From a virus (Duplodnaviria; Heunggongvirae; Uroviricota; Caudoviricetes): a DNA stretch of 64,000 bases. How positions within the stretch are numbered: position 1 is the first letter of the stretch; each line of letters starts with the position of its first letter. The notes beneath the pieces are model-generated. The model made no database searches. It was not told where the DNA came from and was given only the letters and a program-made list of their open reading frames with translations. Of the stretch, positions 27,665 to 36,975 are shown piece after piece. The DNA lies in IMG/VR virus record IMGVR_UViG_3300017705_000602. One strand, 5' to 3'. Both the position numbers and the translations under genes were made by a program.

Positions 27665-27901
27665 ATGTCAAACAAAACTTTAATGCTAGGCTTGATCGGA
27701 ACCACCAAAAACGGCACTACCAAGACCGAAATTCATTTTGCGCAGGACAAGCGTTTTCTTGAGTTGCATCAGGAGTCCGGGTACGTGGTAGCAAGCTTGC
27801 CAGTTGGCACAGCACGCGCATTGGCACAAGCAGACAACCGCTGGGAAGTGGCAATTGCACTGTATGATCTGCATGTTGGCACTGGCAAATTAATTGCATA
27901 A
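27665..27901 (+). CDS. early hypothetical protein
   Basis: Cassette promoter and SD. Confidence 0.7.
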   Translation: MSNKTLMLGLIGTTKNGTTKTEIHFAQDKRFLELHQESGYVVASLPVGTARALAQADNRWEVAIALYDLHVGTGKLIA

Positions 27902-27964
27902 AAAGGTTGCATTCGTTTCTGTGTGTGCTATTATGTACACACAGTTAGGAAACGGAGATACAAA

Positions 27965-28210
27965 ATGAAATTTGTTGAGATTGAATTTGAAAACGCAGGC
28001 GCAGCCACCACAGAAACTATTGTGGGTGAGCTGTTGAACAACGTTGCATACGATCACGTCACTGGTTGTGCTGGTTGCTTGATTGGTGCAACTGCTCAAG
28101 ACATTAGCAAATTTACCAGCGAAGTGCAAGACATTGTTTGGAAACATAACGGTGGCATGCTTTGTGAAGTGACGGTAAAGACCGAAGCTGAAGTTGAGCA
28201 TTTGCTTTAA
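27965..28210 (+). CDS. early acidic hypothetical protein
   Basis: Cassette promoter and SD. Confidence 0.7.
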   Translation: MKFVEIEFENAGAATTETIVGELLNNVAYDHVTGCAGCLIGATAQDISKFTSEVQDIVWKHNGGMLCEVTVKTEAEVEHLL

Positions 28211-28274
28211 AAAAAGGTTGCATTCAGATCTGTGTGTGCTATTATGTACACACAGTTAGCAAACGGAGAACAAC

Positions 28275-28412
28275 ATGAGACAGTCCAGTTTAGATACACA
28301 GATTCAGGACCTCAACGACCAGATCGAAGAGGCACAGGCAGCAGGGCGCCAAGGTGAAGCCGAAGAGCTTTACATGGAACTCGAAGAACTTTGTAGAGAA
28401 GAAGACCTATAA
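28275..28412 (+). CDS. 45-aa very acidic early peptide (not in ORF track)
   Basis: Cassette promoter, SD GGAG; MRQSSLDTQIQDLNDQIEEAQAAGRQGEAEELYMELEELCREEDL. Confidence 0.7.
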   Translation: MRQSSLDTQIQDLNDQIEEAQAAGRQGEAEELYMELEELCREEDL

Positions 28413-28690
28413 AAAGGTTGCATTCGTTTCTAGCTGTGTTAGTATAAGCACAGTTAGGAACGAAAGTGTTAACAAGTTTTTTATTTTACGAAATTAAAAA
28501 AAAGATAAAAAACTTATTGACACTACTTGTAGAGTAGGTTATAATAGCTACACACAGTTAGGGCAAAGAACAAAACTTTGCACTACACAAAAAAAATTAA
28601 AAAATTGGTAGACACACAGGTTAGAAAGTGTATAATACACACAAGTTAAACAAACTTAGTTCATAAACACACAGTCCAGGAGACACTATT

Positions 28691-29164
28691 ATGACAAACG
28701 CAACTGTAAACGCAACAAACACAAACACAGCAACTGAAGCAACTGTAGAGCAGCCAGTATTCCGCCCAGGCACAAGCCGCGCAACTGCACTTGATATCTT
28801 TACGCAAATGCTACCACAGCGTGCTGAGTTAGGTAACACAGAGTTCCGTAAGGGTGTTATCGCTAAGATGATGGAAGAGCAGGGCATGACGCTAGCAAGT
28901 GCGGCAGCAACGTACAACATCATCAAGAAGTACGCAGTAAACAATCAGATCGTTGACGACTTTGGACGCACACCGGCAGAGCCAAAGCCAGCTAAGGCAG
29001 CAAAGAAAGCGCCTAAGCCAGAAGCTAAGCCAGAAGTAAAGACAGTGAACGTAGCACGAGCTAAAGACGGCGAAGTCGTAGCAGAAGGCGTTACAGAAGC
29101 TGAAGCGCAAGAGCTTATCGCTAAGGCAGTCAAGCAAAAGAAAGCCAAGCTAGTAATTGCTTAA
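28691..29164 (+). CDS. putative DNA-binding early protein (helical/HTH-like core plus Lys/Ala/Pro linker)
   Basis: SRATALDIF...RKGVIAKMMEEQGMTLASAAATYN; three tandem promoters upstream; terminator after. Confidence 0.65.
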   Translation: MTNATVNATNTNTATEATVEQPVFRPGTSRATALDIFTQMLPQRAELGNTEFRKGVIAKMMEEQGMTLASAAATYNIIKKYAVNNQIVDDFGRTPAEPKPAKAAKKAPKPEAKPEVKTVNVARAKDGEVVAEGVTEAEAQELIAKAVKQKKAKLVIA

Positions 29165-29177
29165 ACTGACAACAAGA

Positions 29178-29202
29178 AAGCGTCCTAAGGGGCGCTTTTT
29201 TT
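29178..29202 (+). terminator. intrinsic terminator
   Basis: AAGCGTCC-TAAG-GGGCGCTT plus T-run; near copy of the 23351 terminator. Confidence 0.8.
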
Positions 29203-29286
29203 GTGACTTTTATTTCAAAAAGAGGTAGACTTCTTTTCTAGCTATGCTATTATGTACACACAGTTAGGAAATAGGAGTAACACAAT

Positions 29287-29571
29287 ATGTCAGTACAATT
29301 TGCAACCAAAAGACTTATCGACTCAGTTTGGACTGTAGCGTTTAAGTGGGTAGACGGTAAAGTAGAGATTGTTAGCTACGATCGCGAGAACACAGTTGGC
29401 TACCAATACGAAAAGGACTTGCCACAGTGTACGCTGATTGAACAAGACGATCGCACTGTAACAGCTATTAGGCTACGCAAGCATCGCTCATTTGACTACC
29501 AGTGGGCCGAAGACGCAGGCGAAGTGTTCGAAGTTGTCAACCCACAGCACGTTTTTAGCTACTCGGATTAA
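29287..29571 (+). CDS. early hypothetical protein
   Basis: Cassette promoter and SD. Confidence 0.75.
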   Translation: MSVQFATKRLIDSVWTVAFKWVDGKVEIVSYDRENTVGYQYEKDLPQCTLIEQDDRTVTAIRLRKHRSFDYQWAEDAGEVFEVVNPQHVFSYSD

Positions 29572-29643
29572 TTAGCAAAAAGGAGTTGACATCAGTCAAC
29601 TCCTACTCTATACTGTACACACAGTTAGAAAACGGAGTACAAC

Positions 29644-29946
29644 ATGCAACAACCAATTTTAACACCACTTACTACCAGCGCATTCATCAAGCGTGTGCGC
29701 AAGGCAGGCTTTATTGAGCGCAACGAAAACTATCCTGTGGTAGCAGAAGTGCCAGACGGATATGTGTTTGTGTGCTTCAACGACAACGACGGCACATGGT
29801 TCGTGAACAAGTTCTGGCTCAACACAAATGACTGGAACTGTCAACCGATATTCGAATGTGACACTTATTCGGGTGCGTTTGCTTACTTTCAGTTAGAGTA
29901 TGTGAGACAGCTTGAGCAACGTAAAATTAAATTGTCTTTGTTTTAA
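29644..29946 (+). CDS. early hypothetical protein
   Basis: Cassette promoter and SD. Confidence 0.75.
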   Translation: MQQPILTPLTTSAFIKRVRKAGFIERNENYPVVAEVPDGYVFVCFNDNDGTWFVNKFWLNTNDWNCQPIFECDTYSGAFAYFQLEYVRQLEQRKIKLSLF

Positions 29947-30011
29947 TTAATGGTAGACTTCTTATCTGTGTGTGCTATTATGTACACACAGTTAGGAAAC
30001 GGAGATACAAT

Positions 30012-30458
30012 ATGTCACAACTAGAACAGCTACAAGATTTAATCAAGCAAGCCAAGCAACAGAACTGGCCAGGCAGTACCTTGTCATTTTCACGAGGTGT
30101 GTTCTCAAGCAACATCATGTTCGCAAGCGTAACGCTAGGCGCAACAATGGACGAGATGCCAAACCGCATTTTACAGAATGATCCGCTTCGTGTCAAGTTT
30201 TATATTGAACAGAAACTTAGCGGTGAGATCTCAGTAGAGCCGACCATGATCATTGGCAGACTCAAGCCGGAAAGTGCAATGTACGCAATGTCAAGTGAAA
30301 AGGTACGCACACGCAAGGTCACTGGCTCTGCAGAAAAAGTTGCACAGTCAATCGGTAAAATGCTTGACAAGTTGCGTGTTAGGATTGAACAGCTGGACAA
30401 CGAAGATCGTTTCCTGGACGGACTAACGTATTCAATTTCAGAAAAAGTTTGCAAATAA
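30012..30458 (+). CDS. early hypothetical protein
   Basis: Cassette promoter and SD. Confidence 0.75.
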   Translation: MSQLEQLQDLIKQAKQQNWPGSTLSFSRGVFSSNIMFASVTLGATMDEMPNRILQNDPLRVKFYIEQKLSGEISVEPTMIIGRLKPESAMYAMSSEKVRTRKVTGSAEKVAQSIGKMLDKLRVRIEQLDNEDRFLDGLTYSISEKVCK

Positions 30459-30522
30459 AAGGTTGCATTCAGATCTGTGTGTGCTATTATGTACACACAG
30501 TTAGGAAATAGGAAGAAACGAA

Positions 30523-30768
30523 ATGAACGAATTAACAATTGCAGAACTTGAAGAATTGATTGCAGATGCCAAAGCTTGTGGTGCAACAGAAGACACGCCT
30601 GTACACTTTAGCTACAACTACGGCGACCACTGGCGTACTACAGTTGCACCAAGCGCAAGCAATGCAGAGCTATTGTACGTAGAGCGCAGTGACTACCACC
30701 GCATGGACAAGTTAACCGAAGACGAAGGTGAACAAGAAAGCGATCGTCAAGTGTTTGTAATCTCATAA
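30523..30768 (+). CDS. early acidic protein (FSYNYGDHWRT...SDYHRMDK)
   Basis: Cassette promoter and SD. Confidence 0.75.
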   Translation: MNELTIAELEELIADAKACGATEDTPVHFSYNYGDHWRTTVAPSASNAELLYVERSDYHRMDKLTEDEGEQESDRQVFVIS

Positions 30769-30845
30769 AAAATAAAACAAAAGGGTTGACACCAGTTAAC
30801 CCTTTTCGTATAATGTACACACAGTTAGGAAATAGGAGCAACAAA

Positions 30846-31109
30846 ATGAACAACGTAGAAATTTATGCACAAGCCATAGCAGACTCAATTGCTGGATCTT
30901 CAGCACAAGGCGTAACCAGCTGGGACGATCCTGAGTTTGGTCGAGTTGCTTGCAAAATTGTCGAGCCTGTTATTGGCAACGCAGAGGCAAGCGAAGAGTA
31001 CTTCGAGTACATGGAAACAGACGCTGACAACTGGGCCAACTGGATTGCGCAGACGTTTGGTGAGGACTGGGGTCGAGTTGCACGAGTAGTAGCTGAAGAA
31101 GGATACTAG
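30846..31109 (+). CDS. early acidic protein
   Basis: Cassette promoter and SD. Confidence 0.75.
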   Translation: MNNVEIYAQAIADSIAGSSAQGVTSWDDPEFGRVACKIVEPVIGNAEASEEYFEYMETDADNWANWIAQTFGEDWGRVARVVAEEGY

Positions 31110-31180
31110 CGCACAAAAAGGAGTTGACATCAGTTGGCTCCTTTGTTATCATGTACACAGTTAGGAAACAGGAGCAACAC

Positions 31181-31558
31181 ATGCGCACAGAACAAAAGAA
31201 ACGTTTAATAAAAATGATTAAGGTAGACGCAGTCTATCTTGCGGCAGCATCATTGATGTTGATTGATCACTGGATAGGCACAGCGGCAGCAATCGTGTTC
31301 ACTGTTTACATTGCTGTCATATGGGCCACGCTCATGCTCAAATGGGACAGTATTGTGATTGAAATGGATCGCCAGTATCGGCACTCGGGCTCACCGCAAC
31401 TGTTCGTGCTCAATTGTGCAGTTGCTGTCGTGATGTCGTGTATCATATTCTTTTCGCCCATTGATGCAGTGTGGTCAGGTGTCATATTCGGATTGTACAT
31501 GATCACCTCCTTGTTGTCAGCAAAAATATATCAAGACATAATGAAAAATAATCTTTAA
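31181..31558 (+). CDS. early four-helix membrane protein
   Basis: Four hydrophobic segments. Confidence 0.75.
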   Translation: MRTEQKKRLIKMIKVDAVYLAAASLMLIDHWIGTAAAIVFTVYIAVIWATLMLKWDSIVIEMDRQYRHSGSPQLFVLNCAVAVVMSCIIFFSPIDAVWSGVIFGLYMITSLLSAKIYQDIMKNNL

Positions 31559-31697
31559 AAAGGTAGACTTCTTATCTGTGTGTGCTATTATGTACACAGT
31601 TAGGAAGCAAAGGAACAGCTTTTAAAACCACAAGGAGTGTGCGTACAGCACGCTCCTTTTTTATATTGTACACAACACTAAACGAGAGGTACAACAC

Positions 31698-33149
31698 ATG
31701 CGACACACACAACTAATCGCAACCGCACTCGCAACAGTTATCTTGACCGCATGTGGAGGTGGAGGTGGCTCAGAGACCACAGTAGCACAAACACAGGCAG
31801 TGGCACCACCTCCTGCACCACCAACACCACCTCCTGCACCAGTTGCAACAGACGATCGTGAAACTGTGTGGACATTTGCAGTTGGCACCGAAGTTGTAGC
31901 AACAACAATCGGCGGTGAGTATCCAGCTCGCATCGGAGACTTTTTTGTCGACGACTTTGACGGAGATGGCATCAACGACATACTGATAGGCGGCGCAACC
32001 TGGGACAACGAATCCGGTGCCGATGACTGGAGCGGACAGCCAGCACAGTACGAAGTGCTACGCGGCACAGACACAGGCTTTGAATTGGATACCCGCATGC
32101 TGTTCGGAGACTACGACGCAGAAATGATAATGCCGGTTGACTTTCTTGTACATGACTATGACGGCAATGGTACACTTGACATTGTGGTAGCAGGCACAGG
32201 ACTTGACAAAGCACACGGCAGTGGTGACAAGGCCGAACTGTGGATTAACACAGGACAGCTACCACTTGTGAACCGATCTGCAGACTTGAACTTTGACGAA
32301 ACACTGTTCACGCACTCGGCAACCAGAGGTGACTTTAACGGTGACTCGTTTATGGATGTATCGCTTTGGCAGTGTTGCGTAGTGCCTAACGTGTCGTTTC
32401 AGGAGTCATCAGGTGCTACCTTGATCAACAACGGCAGTGGTGAATTCGAACATGTCAAGGAATATGTACCTGCAGAGTTTGACCCAGAGTATATACGAGC
32501 ACGCATGCCAGGAACAGGGTCCTGGGCAGTGATTGACTCACTTGCTATTGACTTGAACGGTTCGGGCTGCGACGACTTGATACTGGGCGCTGTAGGCACT
32601 GTACACCCATCGCAAATACTGTGGAACCATTGTGAAGGTTCGTTAAGCAAGCCTGTACTGTCAGCAGACGAGCAGTCGGAAACAACTGTTATACCAGATG
32701 ACGGAGAGTGGGTACAAATACTTGGCATCATGGAGTATCCTGTTAACAACGACGAACACAAAGACCTGTTAGTAATACGTAGCACGCACGAAGGTCAAGG
32801 TACACACTTGCAACTGTTACGCAACAACGGCGACAACACGTTTACAGATGTGTCAGAGAACAGCACCATTGAGCCATACACATCTATTCCTCAAAGTCAA
32901 AACAGATTGTTCGATTTTGACAATGACGGGTACCTGGACATAGCATTCATTGACGCAGTGTATCGTGGCACACCGCAAGGCTTGGTCAAAGTTGAACTTG
33001 ACATCAATGAATTTTACGGTGCAGTGTTTGCAATTGACGTAGACAACGATGGTGACACTGACCTTGTGCATCGCAACATAACAGAGTCAACATTTGGATA
33101 TGTCAACCAAGAAGTGCAATACACAGTGTTAGAAAACACCACAATCTAA
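31698..33149 (+). CDS. lipoprotein with FG-GAP/VCBS (DxDGDG) beta-propeller repeats
   Basis: Lipobox LTACGGGGG, Pro-rich linker, repeats DFDGDGIND, DYDGNGTLD, DFNGDSFMD, DLNGSGCDD, DFDNDGYLD, DVDNDGDTD. Confidence 0.85.
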   Translation: MRHTQLIATALATVILTACGGGGGSETTVAQTQAVAPPPAPPTPPPAPVATDDRETVWTFAVGTEVVATTIGGEYPARIGDFFVDDFDGDGINDILIGGATWDNESGADDWSGQPAQYEVLRGTDTGFELDTRMLFGDYDAEMIMPVDFLVHDYDGNGTLDIVVAGTGLDKAHGSGDKAELWINTGQLPLVNRSADLNFDETLFTHSATRGDFNGDSFMDVSLWQCCVVPNVSFQESSGATLINNGSGEFEHVKEYVPAEFDPEYIRARMPGTGSWAVIDSLAIDLNGSGCDDLILGAVGTVHPSQILWNHCEGSLSKPVLSADEQSETTVIPDDGEWVQILGIMEYPVNNDEHKDLLVIRSTHEGQGTHLQLLRNNGDNTFTDVSENSTIEPYTSIPQSQNRLFDFDNDGYLDIAFIDAVYRGTPQGLVKVELDINEFYGAVFAIDVDNDGDTDLVHRNITESTFGYVNQEVQYTVLENTTI

Positions 33150-33233
33150 ACACAACAATTTCGAAATAAAGGTTGCCCAGTGCAACCTTTTCTTGTATTA
33201 TATACACACAGTTAGGAAATAGGAATACACAAC

Positions 33234-33659
33234 ATGACACAGTACACAACACAACAGCTAGAACTTAAAGCACACATCGAAGCAGAGAACGAAAAGTTCA
33301 CAGCACGGGCAGTAGAGAGCGGGGCAACCATGATCATGACGCCTGCGGCTGATTTGGATATGTGGGCCAGCATGGGAGTGTTCAACATCGAGCAGTACAC
33401 ACGAAGCACGCTGGAAGGCGAAATCAGCGACATGGAGAAAGAACTGTACGGCATCAAGCTTCGCAGAGACTTGTCACAATGCACTGTGGAACAGCTACAA
33501 GCTGAGCTAGACAGCTTGCACACATACGCAAGGCGCGAACAAGAGTTTGCACAAGAGCTTGAGCGCAAGCGTAGACAGCGCACACAACAACGCAACCAAG
33601 AGTTCAAGCAACAAGGCAATGTGATGGCGCAGGCATTTGCACAAGCAAAAGTCAAATAA
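33234..33659 (+). CDS. early coiled-coil protein
   Basis: Cassette promoter and SD; weak similarity to 35760. Confidence 0.75.
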   Translation: MTQYTTQQLELKAHIEAENEKFTARAVESGATMIMTPAADLDMWASMGVFNIEQYTRSTLEGEISDMEKELYGIKLRRDLSQCTVEQLQAELDSLHTYARREQEFAQELERKRRQRTQQRNQEFKQQGNVMAQAFAQAKVK

Positions 33660-33718
33660 AGGTAGACTTCCGATCTGTGTGTGCTATACTGTACACACAG
33701 TTAGGAAATGAGGAGACG

Positions 33719-34168
33719 ATGATGGGACAAGGCGCAGAAGACGCAGGCGGTTACGAAATAGATTACGACCCGGCTTACGAAGGGTTGTGGCATGCCGAAC
33801 CACGTTGGGCAAACGAAACGCCTGTCAGTCAAATGACAACACAGCATGTCAAGAACGCACTCAGAGTGGCACGCAGGCATGCAGGCACCAGCACGTTCGA
33901 ATGTGACGACGACAAGTGGGAAGACTGGGTAGAAATACTAGACCGAGAACTTGCCAGTCGCAGTCAGAAACGCAAGGCAGTAGCCGCAACAAAAGCAAAA
34001 GCTAAACAGCCTGTGCGCGGTGCAAAGCACAAGATGCAATGTCATTGCGGCAAGCACTACGAAGCACGCAAAGCTGACATCAAGCGTGGCTACGGCAGGT
34101 CTTGTTCTAAGCGATGCGCAAGCATACGCAGAGAGTTCGGTAGAGCACCTGCAAAAATAATTGAATAA
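33719..34168 (+). CDS. early protein with C-terminal zinc finger (CHCGK...RGYGRSCSKRC)
   Basis: Cys cluster; cassette promoter. Confidence 0.75.
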   Translation: MMGQGAEDAGGYEIDYDPAYEGLWHAEPRWANETPVSQMTTQHVKNALRVARRHAGTSTFECDDDKWEDWVEILDRELASRSQKRKAVAATKAKAKQPVRGAKHKMQCHCGKHYEARKADIKRGYGRSCSKRCASIRREFGRAPAKIIE

Positions 34169-34229
34169 AAGGTTGCATTCAGATCTTGGTGTGCTATTAT
34201 ATACACAGTTAGGAAACGGAGTAAACATT

Positions 34230-34466
34230 ATGTCAAAAGAATTAGTAATCGTATACAACAGCCAATACCAAAATTATGATGTCAAAGACATCGGTGGTGT
34301 ATATCCACGTCACAGTGTGTTAGCTGGGCAGCCAATGATTGTGTTTATCGATTCGTTCGAAACACTGGATGAGGCACAAGCGGCTTATCCTCAAGCAACT
34401 GTGAGCAACGACTTGTTGATGCCACAAAACACGTTTGATCACTTACCGGATGAAGCAGACTATTAA
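34230..34466 (+). CDS. early hypothetical protein (SVLAGQ...FDHLPDE)
   Basis: Cassette promoter and SD. Confidence 0.75.
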   Translation: MSKELVIVYNSQYQNYDVKDIGGVYPRHSVLAGQPMIVFIDSFETLDEAQAAYPQATVSNDLLMPQNTFDHLPDEADY

Positions 34467-34538
34467 GGCAAAAAAGGTGTTGACAACAGTTGGCACCTGT
34501 CGTATAATAGCTTTAACAGTTAGGAAAAGGCGAAACAC

Positions 34539-34742
34539 ATGTTACAGTATTGCGATTACATTGCGGCGCAGGCTCAACAAGCGATCAAACAGGATCCTGA
34601 GAGCTTACTGAAAGAAACAGGCGCTGTCAAGCTTGACTTGCACCCACAAGAAGGGTACTTGCAGAGCACAACAAAGACCGTTGAAGTTACCGACAAGTAT
34701 GGACAGCGATATCGTGTAACTGTAGAGGCAGTAGACGCCTAA
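34539..34742 (+). CDS. early hypothetical protein
   Basis: Cassette promoter and SD. Confidence 0.7.
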   Translation: MLQYCDYIAAQAQQAIKQDPESLLKETGAVKLDLHPQEGYLQSTTKTVEVTDKYGQRYRVTVEAVDA

Positions 34743-34897
34743 AACGAAGTTTAGCGATCTGCCCCGGCTACACGCTAGCAACTACGCAGTCTGTACAAGA
34801 GGCAAATCCAGAATTGAACCAATACGTGGCGATTAGTACGTTGGTACTGGTCCGGTTCGATTAACGGCATTTTAAATGAAGTATAACATTATAAAGG

Positions 34898-35136
34898 TTG
34901 ACATAACACACAAACACTGTATAATGTATGTAACACAATTTAAAGATTTATTAGTGCTGGGTACAAGTTTTCATGTTGTTCCTTTTAGTTAGCACCAATT
35001 GTTGTTAGGTCATGTACCCAGCACTAATAGATTTTAAAGAATACTACCGGCAAGTGCTCTTGCCAATTGTGTCTCCTGATAGCGAGTTGGCTATCATCCT
35101 AACTGTTAGGGGTCCTTCGGGGCCCCGCCTCCTTTT
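34898..35136 (+). ncRNA. promoter plus ~200-nt small RNA antisense to the shared early leader/RBS
   Basis: TTGACA-16-TATAAT; 17-bp stem 34949-65/35013-29; TGTGTCTCCT and TCCTAACTGT flank a hairpin; ends in GGGGTCC-TTCG-GGGCCCC hairpin. Confidence 0.7.
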
Positions 35137-35213
35137 ACAAATCCTCAAAAAATGGTTGCATTCTGTTCTGCTCCTGCTATACTGTACACACAGTTAGGAA
35201 CAAGGAGCAACAC

Positions 35214-35438
35214 ATGCAACACACAAATCATTTCGCGCAAGACACAGACGTAACTTATTACGGTTCTGTTGTAGGCTACGACTTTTACATGACGGACGAC
35301 AACATTGTGCTGATCCAGTTTGGTGAGCAAGAACAGGAGTACATGTCTATGTCACTTGAGTCGGCTCGACGCATTGAACAGCACCATTATCGTGCCGCTG
35401 TTATGTTGTGGGACTTACACCAACAAAAGGTTGCATAA
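35214..35438 (+). CDS. early hypothetical protein
   Basis: Cassette promoter and SD. Confidence 0.7.
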   Translation: MQHTNHFAQDTDVTYYGSVVGYDFYMTDDNIVLIQFGEQEQEYMSMSLESARRIEQHHYRAAVMLWDLHQQKVA

Positions 35439-35489
35439 CGCAGCCTTTTTTCTTATAATGTACACACAGTTAGGAACAAGGAACCGCAC

Positions 35490-35705
35490 ATGAAAGACTA
35501 CGTTAACCAGGCAGCACCCAAGCAAGAAAACAAGATTGTTACCATGATATTCTTTTCAATAGCCATGTTTGGCATGTTCATGTTTCTTGGTGTTGTTACT
35601 ATAGCAACTGTGAGCACAGCAAGCGATAACACCGTGAACGCAGGCATTGCAGGTGCCGTGATGTTTGTGATAGGAACCATTGCAGGTTGGAACCGAAAAA
35701 CATGA
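35490..35705 (+). CDS. early two-helix membrane protein
   Basis: Two TM segments. Confidence 0.7.
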   Translation: MKDYVNQAAPKQENKIVTMIFFSIAMFGMFMFLGVVTIATVSTASDNTVNAGIAGAVMFVIGTIAGWNRKT

Positions 35706-35759
35706 GTTGACAACAACGCAACAACATGTTACCATGCACACTCACAAGGAGATAAGTGC

Positions 35760-36020
35760 ATGGACGAACTGTTAGAACACATCGGTGAGCTGAACGTAAT
35801 GAAAAAGCTGACCGGTGATTACATTTTTTATTCACAGGAAGCTGAGTATTGGAAATCACAAAAGGTCGAGTCTGTCAAGGACTTTGAACACTGGCAAGCC
35901 AAGCAAGAGTACGAACGAACATATCGTGCCCTTGGCCACAGAGGTTACTTGCCAATAGATCCCGATGCATACACAGCTGAACAACTACAACAACAAACGC
36001 GAGCAATGACACAAGGATAG
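35760..36020 (+). CDS. hypothetical protein
   Basis: SD AAGGAG. Confidence 0.7.
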   Translation: MDELLEHIGELNVMKKLTGDYIFYSQEAEYWKSQKVESVKDFEHWQAKQEYERTYRALGHRGYLPIDPDAYTAEQLQQQTRAMTQG

Positions 36021-36024
36021 CACA

Positions 36025-36471
36025 ATGGAAAACTTCAACTTCGAAGTACTCGACAGCGATCAAATTGACATCAACGGCACTGTTATCGATTTGCACACAG
36101 TCCCGCAAAACAGATTGGACACCATGCAAGCCAGGTATTCGAACAAGGCGGGCAGTGATGCCGACTGGGAAAGCGGTGGATACTATGCGGCAGCTCTTGA
36201 GGCCATTGAGCGAGTTCAAGCACATCGAGTTGAATTTCCTGAAGTGACCAAGGACCCCGAAGACTTGTTGGCCATAGCTAAATCCAAGCAGGTAGACGAG
36301 ACCGTGATATGTCCGCAATGCAAAACTCCATTTGTCAAGACACAATCACAACAGACTTTTTGTTCAAACGGCCGAGGTGACAGTCAAGGCAACTGCAAGG
36401 ATCGATACTGGAACCTGCACTCACCTGCACGCAAACAAAGACTTGACAACATTCACGAGAACTATGTATGA
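36025..36471 (+). CDS. protein with C-terminal zinc finger (CPQC...FCS...CKDRYWN)
   Basis: Cys motif. Confidence 0.7.
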   Translation: MENFNFEVLDSDQIDINGTVIDLHTVPQNRLDTMQARYSNKAGSDADWESGGYYAAALEAIERVQAHRVEFPEVTKDPEDLLAIAKSKQVDETVICPQCKTPFVKTQSQQTFCSNGRGDSQGNCKDRYWNLHSPARKQRLDNIHENYV

Positions 36472-36710
36472 AAGACAGTACAAAAGGATTTGTGGCATTT
36501 GCCATGTTTGCATTATCGGTAACCATGTGCTTGCTCAGCTTTAACAGCATTCTTGGATTCATGTGCGGCATAGTTGCACTGGTCCTGATCGGTAACGGAC
36601 GCATGCAAGACTGGGCTGACATAGGGCAGTTTATAACTCCACGTGTGTTCACTTTCATTGTGTTGCTGTCAGGTACACTGTTAGTGATCGGACAGTCACT
36701 AAATACGTAA
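36468..36710 (+). CDS. small membrane protein
   Basis: Three hydrophobic segments. Confidence 0.65.
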   Translation: MKDSTKGFVAFAMFALSVTMCLLSFNSILGFMCGIVALVLIGNGRMQDWADIGQFITPRVFTFIVLLSGTLLVIGQSLNT

Positions 36711-36731
36711 AAATAAAACGAGTATAACACA

Positions 36732-36974
36732 ATGATGGAAATAGAAAAACACGAAGTGATATTTTTCACTCACAACAAACGCAAGTACGCCAGGTTCCCC
36801 GATTGCGAATGGTTTCGCAAGAGCAAGAAAGGAAACTGGAAGCAATTGGACGAACACGACACTGATCTGATCGAAAATCGTTATCGCGCAGTCAAGCGTG
36901 AGATGCGCAAGAACTTTCTAAAAGAACTTGAATTCTTCTCAGGTTGGAGACCAAAAGACAAAGACAAAGATTAG
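36732..36974 (+). CDS. small basic protein
   Basis: Preceded by CTAAATA late-type motif. Confidence 0.65.
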   Translation: MMEIEKHEVIFFTHNKRKYARFPDCEWFRKSKKGNWKQLDEHDTDLIENRYRAVKREMRKNFLKELEFFSGWRPKDKDKD

Positions 36975-36975
36975 G

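Noticed and set aside
34743-34890. tRNA remnant around GGTTCGATT
   Set aside because: No T-stem pairing or cloverleaf could be built.
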